The notes under the pieces: model-generated
Databases searched by the model: none
What the model saw: only the letters and a program-made list of their open reading frames with translations
What the model was told of the DNA's origin: nothing
Made by a program: the position numbers and the translations under genes
Source: an uncultured archaeon
GTDB lineage: Archaea > Thermoproteota > Nitrososphaeria > Nitrososphaerales > Gagatemarchaeaceae
Assembly: GCA_963799775.1 (NCBI GenBank)
Contig: CAWCYD010000003.1
Span: 416,001 to 480,000, forward strand
Reading direction: 5' to 3'
DNA length: 64,000 nt
Part shown: piece by piece, positions 41,475 through 51,693 of the stretch
Layout of the letters: the number at the start of each line of letters is the position of its first letter
Numbering within the stretch: position 1 is the stretch's first letter

Positions 41475-42449
41475 TCAGCCGTCCAGCCTGAAGGTCTGTT
41501 CCTCCTTCAGCATGATGTACATGGCCCGCATGAGCTTCCTCGCTGCGGCCACGATCGCCACCTTCTCGCCCCTCCTCTTCGCGAGCTCCACGTAGAATTT
41601 CGTTATCGAGGAGTCGCACCACCTCACGTGGACGCGCGTGCACTGGACCATTATCCAGTTCAGCATCACGCTCCTCGTCCTGTTGGGTGTCGAGTGGCTC
41701 TTGTCCGCCGACTGTCTCAACCCTGGCACGAGGCCTGCGTACGAGCAGAGGTGCTCGTGGTCGGCGAATCTGTTCACGTCTGCGATCTCGCTCGATATCA
41801 GGAGGGCCGAGTAGTGGGAGACGCCGGGTATCGTGACGAGGAGCTTCGCATACTTGTCCTGCAGGGCGACCCCCTTCACCTTCAGGTCGAGCTCCCCGAT
41901 CTTCCCGTCCAGGAACTCGATGGTGTCCATGTAGTCGTCCACCGCGTCGATGTGGAGGGACCTCAGGAACTTCCTCCCTTCCCGCGTGAAGACGTCGCCC
42001 TCGTGCTTCACCCATCGCTTCGCGAGCTCCGCCTTCACCTTGCTCTTGAACCCGGTGCGCGTCTCGACGAGGTGATGCCTCCTCCTGACGAGGTCCCTGA
42101 CCTCCCTGGTCTTCTCGTCCGGCACGTAGGACTCGGGTATCATGTCCGCCCTCAGCAGGTCCGCCAGCGTCCTCGCGTCGACCTTGTCCGTCTTCACCTT
42201 TGCGTAGGCGATGGCCTTCACCATCAGCGGATGCGCGACCTTCACGTCGTATCCCTTCTCCTTCAGCACGTCGCGGATGTGCTGATGGTTGTACCCGGAC
42301 TCCATGACGACGCTCGCATTTGTGCCGTCGAGGAATTCCAGTATCTTTTCTTCGTCCTTCGCCACCTTCGACTCCCTCATCACCTTTCCAGCGTCGTCCT
42401 TGAGGACGCACTGTATCGATTTCTCGTGCAGGTCTAGCGCGGCATACAT
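41475..42449 (-). CDS. IS110 DEDD recombinase
   Basis: ALDLH, VMES, KTDKVDA, IPGV, YAGLVP..RQSA, A.VAAARKL. Confidence 0.95.
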   Translation of the reverse strand: MYAALDLHEKSIQCVLKDDAGKVMRESKVAKDEEKILEFLDGTNASVVMESGYNHQHIRDVLKEKGYDVKVAHPLMVKAIAYAKVKTDKVDARTLADLLRADMIPESYVPDEKTREVRDLVRRRHHLVETRTGFKSKVKAELAKRWVKHEGDVFTREGRKFLRSLHIDAVDDYMDTIEFLDGKIGELDLKVKGVALQDKYAKLLVTIPGVSHYSALLISSEIADVNRFADHEHLCSYAGLVPGLRQSADKSHSTPNRTRSVMLNWIMVQCTRVHVRWCDSSITKFYVELAKRRGEKVAIVAAARKLMRAMYIMLKEEQTFRLDG

Positions 42450-42518
42450 GCTAGTGGCTGTGGCTTTCCTTCGCCTTATCTTCTGCGAGCATCCCACCTG
42501 TTCCGTCTCTGAGATGGC

Positions 42519-42748
42519 TCAACTCGACGGTCCACTTTGGATGGTTCTTGGCTTGAGAAATGAGAACGCCAATCCGATCGCAGAAACGACGGTGATCAAG
42601 GCTGGAACTTCAACATCCATGACAACACTAGAAAGTAAGGACAGCCCGAAGCCGGACAACTGTAGCCCGTCGTCAATCCGAGATAAAGTGTGCCGACACC
42701 AAGAAGTAGCCCCATCAGAGAAAAGACCCTGATCTCCCGGCGGGTCAA
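42519..42748 (-). CDS. small 2-TM protein with CPxxGC motif (frameshifted)
   Basis: Manual translation MTRREIRVFSLMGLLLGVGTLYLGLTTGYSCPASGCP / ..VPALITVVSAIGLAFSFLKPR. Confidence 0.45.
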
Positions 42749-42864
42749 CTCGGTGCCCTCTCTTTCCTTTGAGATGGCCCTCCTATAGGAATTCCACCCA
42801 CTGGAAGCGCGTCCGGCCCCAGCAAGTCTTAAGGCGCTTCCAAAGTGGACAGACGCGAGCAGGG

Positions 42865-43766
42865 TTGAACGTCCTCGTCGCGGGTTTCATCACCATCGAC
42901 AAGATCGAGCTCAACCTCCGACAGATCACTTCCATTGGAGGCCCTCCCTGCTATGCCGGCCTCCTTTGCGCGAGGTTCGGTTTTGACGTCACACCCCTGA
43001 CGAAGGTGGGACCTGACTTTCCCGACGAGCAGATCGTGTGGCTCTCAAGGAACGGCCTCCAACTGCGCGCCGTCGACAGGAGCAGCACGAAGAAGACCAC
43101 CCGGTTCAAGCTGCTGAACAAGGGTGAAGAGAGGTCGCTCTATCTGGTCGAGAGGTGCGAAGACCTGACCATCGACCAGGTGCCCGAGAAGCAGTTCAAC
43201 GCCTCCCTCATCAGCCCCTTGGCGCATGAGATCTCAGTCCCGCTCTTCGAGGAGGTGAGGAGGCACTCGGACTTTTGTTTCCTCGACCCTCAGGGCTTCG
43301 TCAGGATGTTCGACGGCTCTGGAAAGGTCTACATCGACGGATGGAACGACGAGAAGGTCCCTCGGGAACGTCGACGCGCTGAAGATGGACCTCGAGGAGG
43401 CCAACGCCCTCACAGGGATGAAGGACGGCAAGGCAGCGCTGGTGAAACTCTCGAAGAAGGTCCGCAAGGCGGTCGTGACGAGGGGAAGCGAGCCGGCGCT
43501 CGTGCTCGACGGCAACAAGATAACCCAGGTAGAGGTGCCCGAAGGTGAAGGTGGTGGACAGCACCGGCGCGGGGGACATCTTCGCAGGAGCCCTCATCAG
43601 CTGTTTCCTTCGCTCAAGGGACTTCCTCTGGTCCTGCTGCTTCGGCATCGCGGCGTCGTCTCTCTCGCTCACGTCAATCGCGCTGGGCAAGATAGAGCTC
43701 CCCCGGAGCGTCGACCAGCAGGCTAGGAAGCTCTACGCCTCAGCGACGACAGTCGAGACGGTCTGA
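42865..43766 (+). CDS. PfkB-family carbohydrate kinase (two frameshifts)
   Basis: GFITID, GGPP.Y, LDPQGFVR, VVTRG, VDSTGAGDIF. Confidence 0.88.
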
Positions 43767-43768
43767 AC

Positions 43769-45205
43769 TCAGTAGGCTTTCGCGAGGTAGGCCAGCTCGA
43801 CGCCCCTCTCGCCGCACCACGTGCACGTCTCGGCGTGGCTCTCCCGGATGTCGGCGCGGCGCCCGCGCACCTCGTAGCCCACGGTCTCCGCCTTGATCTC
43901 CGCCGCGCATTCCTCTCTCCCGCAGAAGGTGAACTTGATGAACCCACCCGTCTCCCTCGTCTGCCTCAAGAGGTCGTCCTTGGTCGAGGCCTCGTGGATG
44001 TTGGAGTTCAACCACTCCCACGCCTTGGTCGAGAGGGCGGCGAGGATCTCCTTCTCCAGGGACGCCAGCCTTGCGACCACCTGGTCTTCGGGGACGCTCT
44101 CCCGCTTCCTGGTGTCCCGCCGCGTGAGCGTCAGGCACCTTCGCTTCGGCCTCCTTGGGGCCTATCTCAACCCTGACCGGAGCCCCGAGCATCTCCCACC
44201 TGTAGAACTTCTCCCCGGCAGTCTCAGAGCCGTCGTCGATCTTCACCCTGAAGCCCGCGTCGCCGATCCTCTTCGCAAGCGTACGAGCGTATTCCAGAAG
44301 GGCTGGTTCGTTCCTGATGGGGATGACCACGACCTGGACGCTGGCCGCCTTGAACGGGAGCACCAACCCGTACTCGTCGCCATGGACGGAGACCACCAAG
44401 GCTGCGATCCTCGAGACGCCCGGTCCGAAGCAGGTCGACTCGGGGACGGCTCTCTCGCCCTGGGGAGAGAGGAAGGAGACCTGGAACGGCTTTGTGAAAC
44501 GCTGGCCTAGCAGATGGGTGGTCGCGGACTGGAGCACCTGCTTGTCGGGGAGCGGGACGTCATAGGCGAGACTCCTCTCCGCGCCCGGGAACCTGTCGAA
44601 AGGCTCCCTTTCGATGGTGAGGAAAGGCAACCCGAACTCCTCGAAGGTCTTCTTCGTTATCTCGAGGCTGCCTCGAGGAGCTGGGACTCCGCCTCTTTCC
44701 TCGACGAGAACACGTCGTGCGACTCGATCCAAAGGAACTCCCTCCCCCTGAAGAGAGGGCGGGTCGCCTTCGTCTCGTGCCGGTAAACGGCGCACGACTG
44801 GAACGCCTTGAAAGGCAGGTCGCGATAGCTCCTGATCCACAGGGCGTACATGGGGTAGATGGCCGTCTCCGACGTCGGCCTGATGAACAGCCTGTCTTCT
44901 TCGGACGACCCGTCTTCTGTCTCGACGAAGAACACCTCCTTCTCGAAACCCTTCACGTGGTCCTTCTCGACGAGGAGGTTCTTGTAGGAGATGAGGAGGG
45001 GGAAGAGCATCACCTTGTGCCCCGTCGCGAGAAGGTTCCTCTCGAGCGTCTCGTAGATCTCTCGGACGATGTGCATCAGGTTTGGCCTGTAGACGACGAA
45101 TCCTTTGACGCCGTATCTCACATCGGCGAGTTCCGCTTTCTCGGACACCTGGTCGTACCACTCGCCGAACCTCTGAAACTTGTCCGGCAGGGGGGCCTTC
45201 GCCAA
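43769..45205 (-). CDS. proS: prolyl-tRNA synthetase (two frameshifts)
   Basis: FGEWY, IRPTSET, YRHETKATRPLFRGREF, HGDEYGLVLP, R.EIGP, LAKAY. Confidence 0.93.
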
Positions 45206-45265
45206 TTGGTTACTTGCGCCCGCGCCTGAATACGAGATTTAAGGCTTCGGCGGCGGATCGACGCG

Positions 45266-45886
45266 TCACATGCCCAGAAGGGTGGTCGCTATCACGGTCG
45301 CGCCGATGACGATGAAGACTATGATTGACAGGTACTTTATCCTCTTCGGAGAGAGGATCCGACCCAGCCTGTTGCCGAGGGCGGTCTCCACGGCGACCGC
45401 ACCGACGAGGCCGATGACAGCTCCCGCGAAGACGACGAGTGCGTCCTGGAACCGCGCTAGGAAGACCACGGTGACGAGCTCGGTCGCGTCTCCTGCCAGG
45501 TCGAGGGCGATCAGGGTGATCACGGCCGGGACGAAGATCGACCAGGCGCTCCTCCCACCGTGCCCCAGGATCTTCTTCTCCCTCTTCTCGACGTCTTGTT
45601 CCTCTTGAGAGGAACGGAAGTACTCGAACCCCGCGTAGCCCAGCATGATCGCTCCGCCGACCAACTTTATCGCGTAGACGGGAACCAGCTCTATGAGCAC
45701 CGATCCGACGCCCACGATTATGGCGGTCGATATCGCGAAAGCGACAGTCCCTGCCGCAAAGACCAGTGTCGGCTTTGTGCGCGTCGCGAGCGCGAGGAGG
45801 AACAGGGCGTCCTTGTCGGTAAGTTCGGTGACGAACAGGGTGGCTATCGTGGTGAAGAGCGCTGCGAGGATCATTCCCTGGTCCAT
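45266..45886 (-). CDS. TMEM165/GDT1 (UPF0016) cation transporter
   Basis: ELTDKD and LAGDAT half-repeats, six TM segments. Confidence 0.8.
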   Translation of the reverse strand: MDQGMILAALFTTIATLFVTELTDKDALFLLALATRTKPTLVFAAGTVAFAISTAIIVGVGSVLIELVPVYAIKLVGGAIMLGYAGFEYFRSSQEEQDVEKREKKILGHGGRSAWSIFVPAVITLIALDLAGDATELVTVVFLARFQDALVVFAGAVIGLVGAVAVETALGNRLGRILSPKRIKYLSIIVFIVIGATVIATTLLGM

Positions 45887-46023
45887 CAGCCCGTCGCTCC
45901 AATTGGTCTAGGAAGGACGACTCTCTTCAAAGGAGGGTGCTTCGAGGCGGACCTCGAGCCGCCACCGCGTAAAGGCTTTCGCGCCCGCCTAAGGAAAGGT
46001 GATATCTGGCACAGAAAGCTGCC

Positions 46024-46912
46024 ATGACGAGATACCGCGTGTCGCAGCTCCTCATCGGGTTCCAGGGTGAGCACGGCGCCTACAGCGAGGAGGCGATCTT
46101 CAAGCAGTTCGGAAGAGACGTGAAGACCCTGCCGACCGTGAGCATCCACGAGGTGTTCAACCTCACCGAGGCCGGGGCTGTCGACCTCGGGGTCGTGCCT
46201 ATCGAGAACTCCGTGGAGGGGAGCATCAACGAGACCTACGACATGCTCCTCTCGTCCAACCTCACCGTGGTGGGAGAGGTCGTCCTGCGCGTCGTGCACT
46301 GCCTCATCGCCCTCCCCGCGGCGAAGCTCGCCTCGCTGAAGGTGGTGTACTCCCACCCTCAGGCGCTCGCCCAGTGCAGGAACTTCGTGACTTCGCTAGG
46401 CATCGAGCCGATAGTGACCTACGACACAGCGGGCAGCGTCAAGATGATAAAGGAAAAGCGAATGCAGGGGGCCGCTGCTATCGCTGGCGAGAGGGCCGCC
46501 GAGATCTATGGCCTCAAGGTCCATCAAGAAGGGCATCGAGGACTACGCTACCAACTCCACGAGATTCCTGATAATCTCAAGGCAGCCGAAGGGACCCCGA
46601 CGTCCGAACAAGCCTGCAGACCCGAAGGGCGGGGTCAGCCGCGGCAGCAAGACCTCTCTGATCTTCTCTCTCGCACACACCCCGGGCTCCCTTTACAACG
46701 CGCTGGAGGTATTCGCCAGGGAGGGGATCAACCTCACGAAGATCGAGTCGAGGCCCACGAAAGAGCGCCCCTGGGAATACTACTTCTTCGTGGACTTTGA
46801 GGGCCACAGGCAGGACCCCAAGGTCCTCAACGTCCTCTCCGAGCTTGCGAAGAAGACGGTGTTCCTGAAGGTGCTCGGTTCCTATCCTAGGAACAGGGCT
46901 GACAAGCTCTGA
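46024..46912 (+). CDS. pheA: prephenate dehydratase (frameshift near 46520)
   Basis: FQGEHGAYSE, PIENS.EG, SHPQALAQC, NSTRF, NLTKIESRP, LGSYP. Confidence 0.93.
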
Positions 46913-46959
46913 CGTACTCTCCGTCGAACGGTGACTCGCTCTCCGCCCTCGCTGAGGAG

Positions 46960-47490
46960 GTGAGGGCGTGCACGTTGTGCCCGCTTTCTCAAAGCCGGAC
47001 CCACGCCGTGCCTGGCGAAGGCGACCCACGTCCCAGTGTCGTGATAATCGGGGAAGGACCTGGCAGGAACGAGGACATTCAGGGCAGGCCGTTCGTCGGA
47101 GCCGCCGGCAAACGACTAGAGTCGCTGCTCGCCGATGCCGGGCTGGTTCGCGAAAATGTCTTCATAACCAACATCGTGAAGTGCCGCCCCCCAGGAAACA
47201 GGCGACCCACAGCGGCCGAGGTCGAGGCTTGCCGACCATATCTGGACAGACAGCTCGCCCTCTTGAGCCCGAGAGTGGTGGTTCTCCTCGGCGACAGCGC
47301 GCTGAAGACCTTCCTTCCGAGCGAGACCCTCTCAAAAGCGCACGGCAAGCTGTTCGAGAGAGGGCGCTTCGCTGTCTTTCCGACCTATCATCCGGCCGCG
47401 ATGATCTACAACAGGTCGCTCGAGAAGACTACCAGCGACGACTTCAAGGCACTAGGGAAGCTTCTGGCTTCCTTCGAAGAGACACGTTGA
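46960..47490 (+). CDS. udg: family 4 uracil-DNA glycosylase
   Basis: CTLCPL, GEGPG..ED..GRPFVG, TNIVKCRPP.NR, YHPAA; start may be further upstream. Confidence 0.92.
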   Translation: MRACTLCPLSQSRTHAVPGEGDPRPSVVIIGEGPGRNEDIQGRPFVGAAGKRLESLLADAGLVRENVFITNIVKCRPPGNRRPTAAEVEACRPYLDRQLALLSPRVVVLLGDSALKTFLPSETLSKAHGKLFERGRFAVFPTYHPAAMIYNRSLEKTTSDDFKALGKLLASFEETR

Positions 47491-47501
47491 CCTGACTGTC
47501 G

Positions 47502-48098
47502 CTATTTCTTTGGCCGGACGAGCAGGAACGCGGCGAGGAGCAGGAGGACCAATCCGATCCCGAGCCCGGCGATCGTGTTGCGCTTGCCCACCTCGTAAAG
47601 AGCGGCGGGGGACGCGACGAGGAGGACGACCACGATGACGTTCATCTTGTCAAGCTCCTGCAGCTTGACCGAGGGGAGTATCGCGAAGCTGAAGAAGATG
47701 AGCAGAGCTGGGAATATGAGCGGAAACCTGCCGTCAAGGACGTTGACGACCATGTTCACCGGGTTGCCTCCGGCCGCGTAGAGACCGCATATCAGCGCCA
47801 GCACGAACGATATGCCAGCGATCCACTGCAATCGCTCGCTGAGTGCTACCGCCGACGCCCGCCTGGTTTCCGGCGAGGAAGCGTCGAAATCGAGCACGGC
47901 GGCGAAGGCTACCGCCGCAAAGCCAAGGAGGAACACGTAGGGGTTCTGAGTGACCTCCAGGTACACCGACTGGGGCAGCACGGCCGAGAAGCCGGTGCCG
48001 AACCAGAGGTATAGCGCGTAGAAGAAGTTGAGAGCGAAAGGGGCGACGTAGAGCAGAAACGCCACGTCTCCGTACTTCTGCTGCTGCCCGGCGCTCAA
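47502..48098 (-). CDS. membrane protein
   Basis: About six TM segments, host-like codon usage. Confidence 0.65.
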   Translation of the reverse strand: MSAGQQQKYGDVAFLLYVAPFALNFFYALYLWFGTGFSAVLPQSVYLEVTQNPYVFLLGFAAVAFAAVLDFDASSPETRRASAVALSERLQWIAGISFVLALICGLYAAGGNPVNMVVNVLDGRFPLIFPALLIFFSFAILPSVKLQELDKMNVIVVVLLVASPAALYEVGKRNTIAGLGIGLVLLLLAAFLLVRPKK

Positions 48099-48144
48099 GG
48101 ATGTCTCCCCGCGCGCCTAAAGCCGGGTTAAAACTCTTCTCAAT

Positions 48145-48930
48145 CTAGGGGACGGAATCGGCCAGCTTCCTTCCGAACACGAGATACGCCGTGTGGCCGA
48201 CCATGAACGAAGAGGGCCGCGTCATGCCGACCCTGGCCTCTATGTTTCGCATGATGAGCTCGAGCGTCTCGGTGGCCGTGAAACCTTCGTCGTGGAGCGT
48301 CTGGACGAGCCTCTCGGCCTGGTTCATCGTCGGACAGATCGCCGCGAGCATCGCCGAAGGCGCGAGCGCCTCCTTGACAGGCTTGACGAGCTCCCACGGG
48401 TCGCCCATGTCGAGAAGGGCGGCGTCAAGGTCCCTCTCCTCGACGCCGAGCTTTGCGTCCTGGCTCTTCAGCGTGACGTGCTTGTCGAGTCCGAAGCGTT
48501 CAAGGTTTCGCTTCGCACCTCCTTGAAACTCTGGATTGACGTCATAGCTGTAGACATGCCCCTCGGGGGCCACCGAGAAGGCCATGGCGGCGGTCGCGGC
48601 CCCGCTACCTGTGCCAGCCTCGAAGACCCTGCTCCCAGAGTGGATCCCACACTTGACAATGATCATCGCGATGTCCTTGGGGTAGATGACCTGCGTCGTC
48701 CTGGTGAACTTCATGACGATGTCCTCGAGGGTGGGCTTGAGTATGGTCAGCTCGTCGTTGAGCGTGGTTAGGCCACGTATCCCATAGTCCTTCCCCACCA
48801 GCGAGGTCAGGTCCAGGATGCCCAGGTGGGTGTGCAGCTTCGGAGTCTCTGAGGGGCGGACCAGCCACTTCCTCCTCTTGTCCCGGTAGACGAGAATGAA
48901 GGAATCCTCTCTGATCTTCTCGGCAGGCAT
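48145..48930 (-). CDS. trmI: tRNA (adenine-N1)-methyltransferase
   Basis: HTHLG, TQVIYPKD, EAGTGSG, LDMGDPW, VGHTAYL. Confidence 0.93.
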   Translation of the reverse strand: MPAEKIREDSFILVYRDKRRKWLVRPSETPKLHTHLGILDLTSLVGKDYGIRGLTTLNDELTILKPTLEDIVMKFTRTTQVIYPKDIAMIIVKCGIHSGSRVFEAGTGSGAATAAMAFSVAPEGHVYSYDVNPEFQGGAKRNLERFGLDKHVTLKSQDAKLGVEERDLDAALLDMGDPWELVKPVKEALAPSAMLAAICPTMNQAERLVQTLHDEGFTATETLELIMRNIEARVGMTRPSSFMVGHTAYLVFGRKLADSVP

Positions 48931-48955
48931 CTTCTCGGCCGCCTCCCGTGGCTTT

Positions 48956-50257
48956 GTTAACTCTTTGGTCCATGCGCGATGGAGCCAACTTGCCTGGCAT
49001 CTGCTCCTGGGATCACCGTAGTCGTGGGTTTCCCGTTCACCGCTTCACATGCAGGCCCTTCCGCCCCTTCCTTTACAGGAGGAGGCAGGGAACTGGCAAG
49101 CCTTGACAGCCCCCTATCCGCCAGATTGTCCACCGCGTTGCCGTCGCGGTGGACCCATGCCTCGCATCTCGAGCACCAGAGGTGTCTCCTGTGCCTGAGG
49201 TCTTTTCTTTCCGGTCTGCGGAGCTTCTCCCCACATGTTGAATGGATAGATGAAGACCCTCTGGTCTCTCCCCTTGTCAGCTTAACGACGGCCACTCCCT
49301 TGGTCGCCGCCTTGTAGCCCAGCATCTCGTAGGATTTTCTGTGAGGCCACGTGTTCATCCTGAACCTATAGTCTCTACCTTTTCCGTTCCCCTTCCGGTA
49401 CATCTTGTTGATGCCTGTGATGTCCTCGAGCGCGATCGCAGCTCCGGTCGACCTCGCCTCCTCGACGATCTGGTTCGTCGCGCGGTGGAGCATCTGATTG
49501 GTCCTGTCGTTCGCCTTCTTCCAGTACTTTTGCGCGAGCCTTCTCCGTATCCGCACGTCGTCTCTCTTGAAGGAGCCCAGAATCTCTCGTGTCGTCTGCT
49601 TCACTTTCACTATTCTTGAAAGGTCGATTTGCTCGAACCCTTCCCGGTTGCCGTACGTTAGGTTCTTCTCGTTCCTGTCCACGCCGAGGACTCGCCTCGT
49701 CTCGATCGGTTCGACCTCGGTCGAGTAGCATATTGCGATCCTGTCCTCCGTGATCGTCATGCTCCTCATCTTGATGCCGGGCAGGGAGACTTTGGAGAAG
49801 GCATACCTGTTGAGCTGCACCATCTCAAATCTCTCATGACCCAGGGAGACGAAGAGCTTGCCTGTTACCGTTACGAAGAATCCTCTGACTATGCATGCGG
49901 CGAGCTTCAGCGGCTTCCGATATCTGACTCGGATGCCTCTCTTCTCGCTCTTCCTTCTGCTCCTGAGGACGGCGCATGCGCGAGTGATCACTGCGACCTT
50001 GAAAGACGACGGGAGGTCTACGTCGCGGATCGATCGGTAGAACCCTTTCATCTGCCTCCTGTTATTGATACGGTTACTCTCAGCGTACTGGATCGCGCTG
50101 TATGTCAGTGTCCTGCATTGAGAGAGGATGTTGCGAAGGCGATAGCTATCGTGGGGCTGCCATACAGATAGCGTCCCGATGGGCACGAGTTACCATGATT
50201 CTGGACTAGATAAGCGCCCATGCCCAGCCTCCTCTGGCGATGAGCCGAGGAGTTGAC
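48956..50257 (-). mobile_element. TnpB-only element, copy 2
   Basis: Homologous to 825-2129 including the non-coding ends; bounded by GTTAAC and GTTGAC. Confidence 0.8.
48957..50186 (-). CDS. tnpB: TnpB RNA-guided endonuclease
   Basis: Same intact RuvC D/E/D motifs; close paralog of 839-2056. Confidence 0.9.
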   Translation of the reverse strand: MPIGTLSVWQPHDSYRLRNILSQCRTLTYSAIQYAESNRINNRRQMKGFYRSIRDVDLPSSFKVAVITRACAVLRSRRKSEKRGIRVRYRKPLKLAACIVRGFFVTVTGKLFVSLGHERFEMVQLNRYAFSKVSLPGIKMRSMTITEDRIAICYSTEVEPIETRRVLGVDRNEKNLTYGNREGFEQIDLSRIVKVKQTTREILGSFKRDDVRIRRRLAQKYWKKANDRTNQMLHRATNQIVEEARSTGAAIALEDITGINKMYRKGNGKGRDYRFRMNTWPHRKSYEMLGYKAATKGVAVVKLTRGETRGSSSIHSTCGEKLRRPERKDLRHRRHLWCSRCEAWVHRDGNAVDNLADRGLSRLASSLPPPVKEGAEGPACEAVNGKPTTTVIPGADARQVGSIAHGPKS

Positions 50258-50375
50258 AAACTTCCTCCCATTAACGTTTATATGAGTTGCAGGTATATTA
50301 GCGAATAATAGGCGAATCAGAACCGATTCTTCCTAGAACCTTTCCCTAGTCTCTATTCCCTCTTTTATCTCTCGA

Positions 50376-50594
50376 ATGTCTATCAATGAACGGCTCCTAA
50401 GAATCAGCCAAGTTGCTGTCCTTCTGAACGTAGGAAAGTCCACCGTCTGGAAATGGACGAAGGAGGGCAGGATCATGTCGGTCAGGCTCCCTGCTGCTCA
50501 GGGCTCGAAGAGGGCTGGGGCCATCCGGATACCTTCGACCGAGGTCTTCAGGCTGCTCGAGGGGAAGGACCCGAAGGCAATGCAGGGGTTCTAG
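50376..50594 (+). CDS. excisionase/MerR-like HTH protein
   Basis: LLRISQVAVLLNVGKSTVWKWTKEGRI..RIPSTEV. Confidence 0.85.
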   Translation: MSINERLLRISQVAVLLNVGKSTVWKWTKEGRIMSVRLPAAQGSKRAGAIRIPSTEVFRLLEGKDPKAMQGF

Positions 50595-50606
50595 GGGGTG
50601 TCTTCG

Positions 50607-50897
50607 ATGGAGCCCACTTCACCCGAGGGCGAAGTCCTTGATATCGTGACCCTGTCCAGCAAAGGCCAGCTCGCTCTCCCTGTCGAGGTCAGGGAGCGGA
50701 TGGGCCTGTCCAAGGGAGCCAGGCTCATGGTGATCCTCGCAAAGGATGGCAAGTCGGTCATTCTGAGGACCGTCAGCATCGAAGAGGTGGCCAAGTCTCA
50801 CATGTGGTACCTTTCCAATGCCCGCCGTCGTCCTGGCCCTGCCAAGAAGCAAGAGCCTATCCTTGACTCAAGGCCACAGGTAGAGAGCAATGGCTGA
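50607..50897 (+). CDS. AbrB/MazE/SpoVT DNA-binding protein
   Basis: VTLSSKGQLALPVEVRERMGLSKG. Confidence 0.88.
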   Translation: MEPTSPEGEVLDIVTLSSKGQLALPVEVRERMGLSKGARLMVILAKDGKSVILRTVSIEEVAKSHMWYLSNARRRPGPAKKQEPILDSRPQVESNG

Positions 50898-51097
50898 ATC
50901 GAAATAATTTCAGATTACGTATAGCCGCGCTTCGCGCTTACGTAGATAAAGAGAGATTATAGGAAAGCGAAAAAGAGAGAAGCTGTCGCCTATATTACCG
51001 GAGTCCATCAACCAAGTCACCGGGCTGCCAAGATCAGGGCGAAAGAGGCCCGGGGGGTCCAGGCTCAGAAGCCCAAGCTGCAGGCTCGGTCGACGGA

Positions 51098-51121
51098 GGC
51101 ATAGGGCCTAATTCGCCCATT
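51098..51121 (+). repeat. 24-bp direct repeat, copy 1
   Basis: GGCATAGGGCCTAATTCGCCCATT, identical to 52304-52327. Confidence 0.9.
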
Positions 51122-51145
51122 AGGTTATCCCCGGTTGGATAACCT
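51122..51145. promoter_or_regulatory. inverted repeat, probable operator
   Basis: AGGTTATCC-N6-GGATAACCT directly upstream of the wHTH-TM gene. Confidence 0.55.
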
Positions 51146-51174
51146 CATAATGCGGACTCCCCTCAGACAGGACG

Positions 51175-51693
51175 TTGGCAGAATCCGCCGAGGTGCCTAA
51201 GCCCCCAAATCCGAAGAAGAGGAGGCTCCCCCTATCCAAACTCCTCATTCTCTACTTCCTCTCGAACCGGGGCTACGACGGAAGCATCCTTCAGCTGAGC
51301 CGAGACATGGGTTACTCGACCGATAGCAGCGTCAACAAGAACCTCAACGATCTCATTCGAGATGGCTACGTAACTGACGGCCCGGTCTACAAGCTCACCC
51401 CGGCTGGCGTGAGGGAAATCCAGTTCAGTAGGCTCCCGGAAGTCTTGTGCTACTTGATCCTTGGCCTCGGCATATCGGTGCTACTCATCTCGGGTGAAGG
51501 CGTTGCCGGTTTCGTTGCGGAGAGGACCGCTTCGCTCTCGACCTTCGGGCTAGGGGTGGCCATCGTAACCATCGGTGTCTTGTTTCTCGGAGCAAAGAAA
51601 CGGGTCTACGATGATTTCCTAGGCCTTAGGAAGCCTCTCTCACATGCAGAGAGCGCCCCTCGCGAGGACAGAGAGCCCGACTCCGCCGGGTAG
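51175..51693 (+). CDS. winged-helix protein with two C-terminal TM helices
   Basis: SILQLSRDMGY..SVNKNLNDLIRDGYV..YKLTPAG followed by two hydrophobic segments. Confidence 0.75.
   Translation: MAESAEVPKPPNPKKRRLPLSKLLILYFLSNRGYDGSILQLSRDMGYSTDSSVNKNLNDLIRDGYVTDGPVYKLTPAGVREIQFSRLPEVLCYLILGLGISVLLISGEGVAGFVAERTASLSTFGLGVAIVTIGVLFLGAKKRVYDDFLGLRKPLSHAESAPREDREPDSAG

Larger units (their letters stand above)
41320..42496 (-). mobile_element. IS110-family element
   Basis: Recombinase gene bounded by a TCCCA direct repeat (41320-41324 / 42492-42496); about 150-bp non-coding region downstream. Confidence 0.8.

Noticed and set aside
5304-46912. Many single-base frameshifts (herA, DUF92, glyS, degT, hddA, polB intein 2, thrS, pfkB, proS, pheA) suggesting pseudogenes or programmed frameshifting
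   Set aside because: They hit essential genes, often at short homopolymers, with otherwise intact motifs. This fits long-read indel errors; read polishing would confirm.
50260-50375. AT-rich stretch as an att or dif site of the island
   Set aside because: Only weak dyad symmetry and no second copy in the window, so it cannot be supported here.
50376-50594. HTH gene beside tnpB copy 2 as an IS607 TnpA
   Set aside because: It has no serine-recombinase domain, lies outside the element end at 50257, and is absent beside copy 1.
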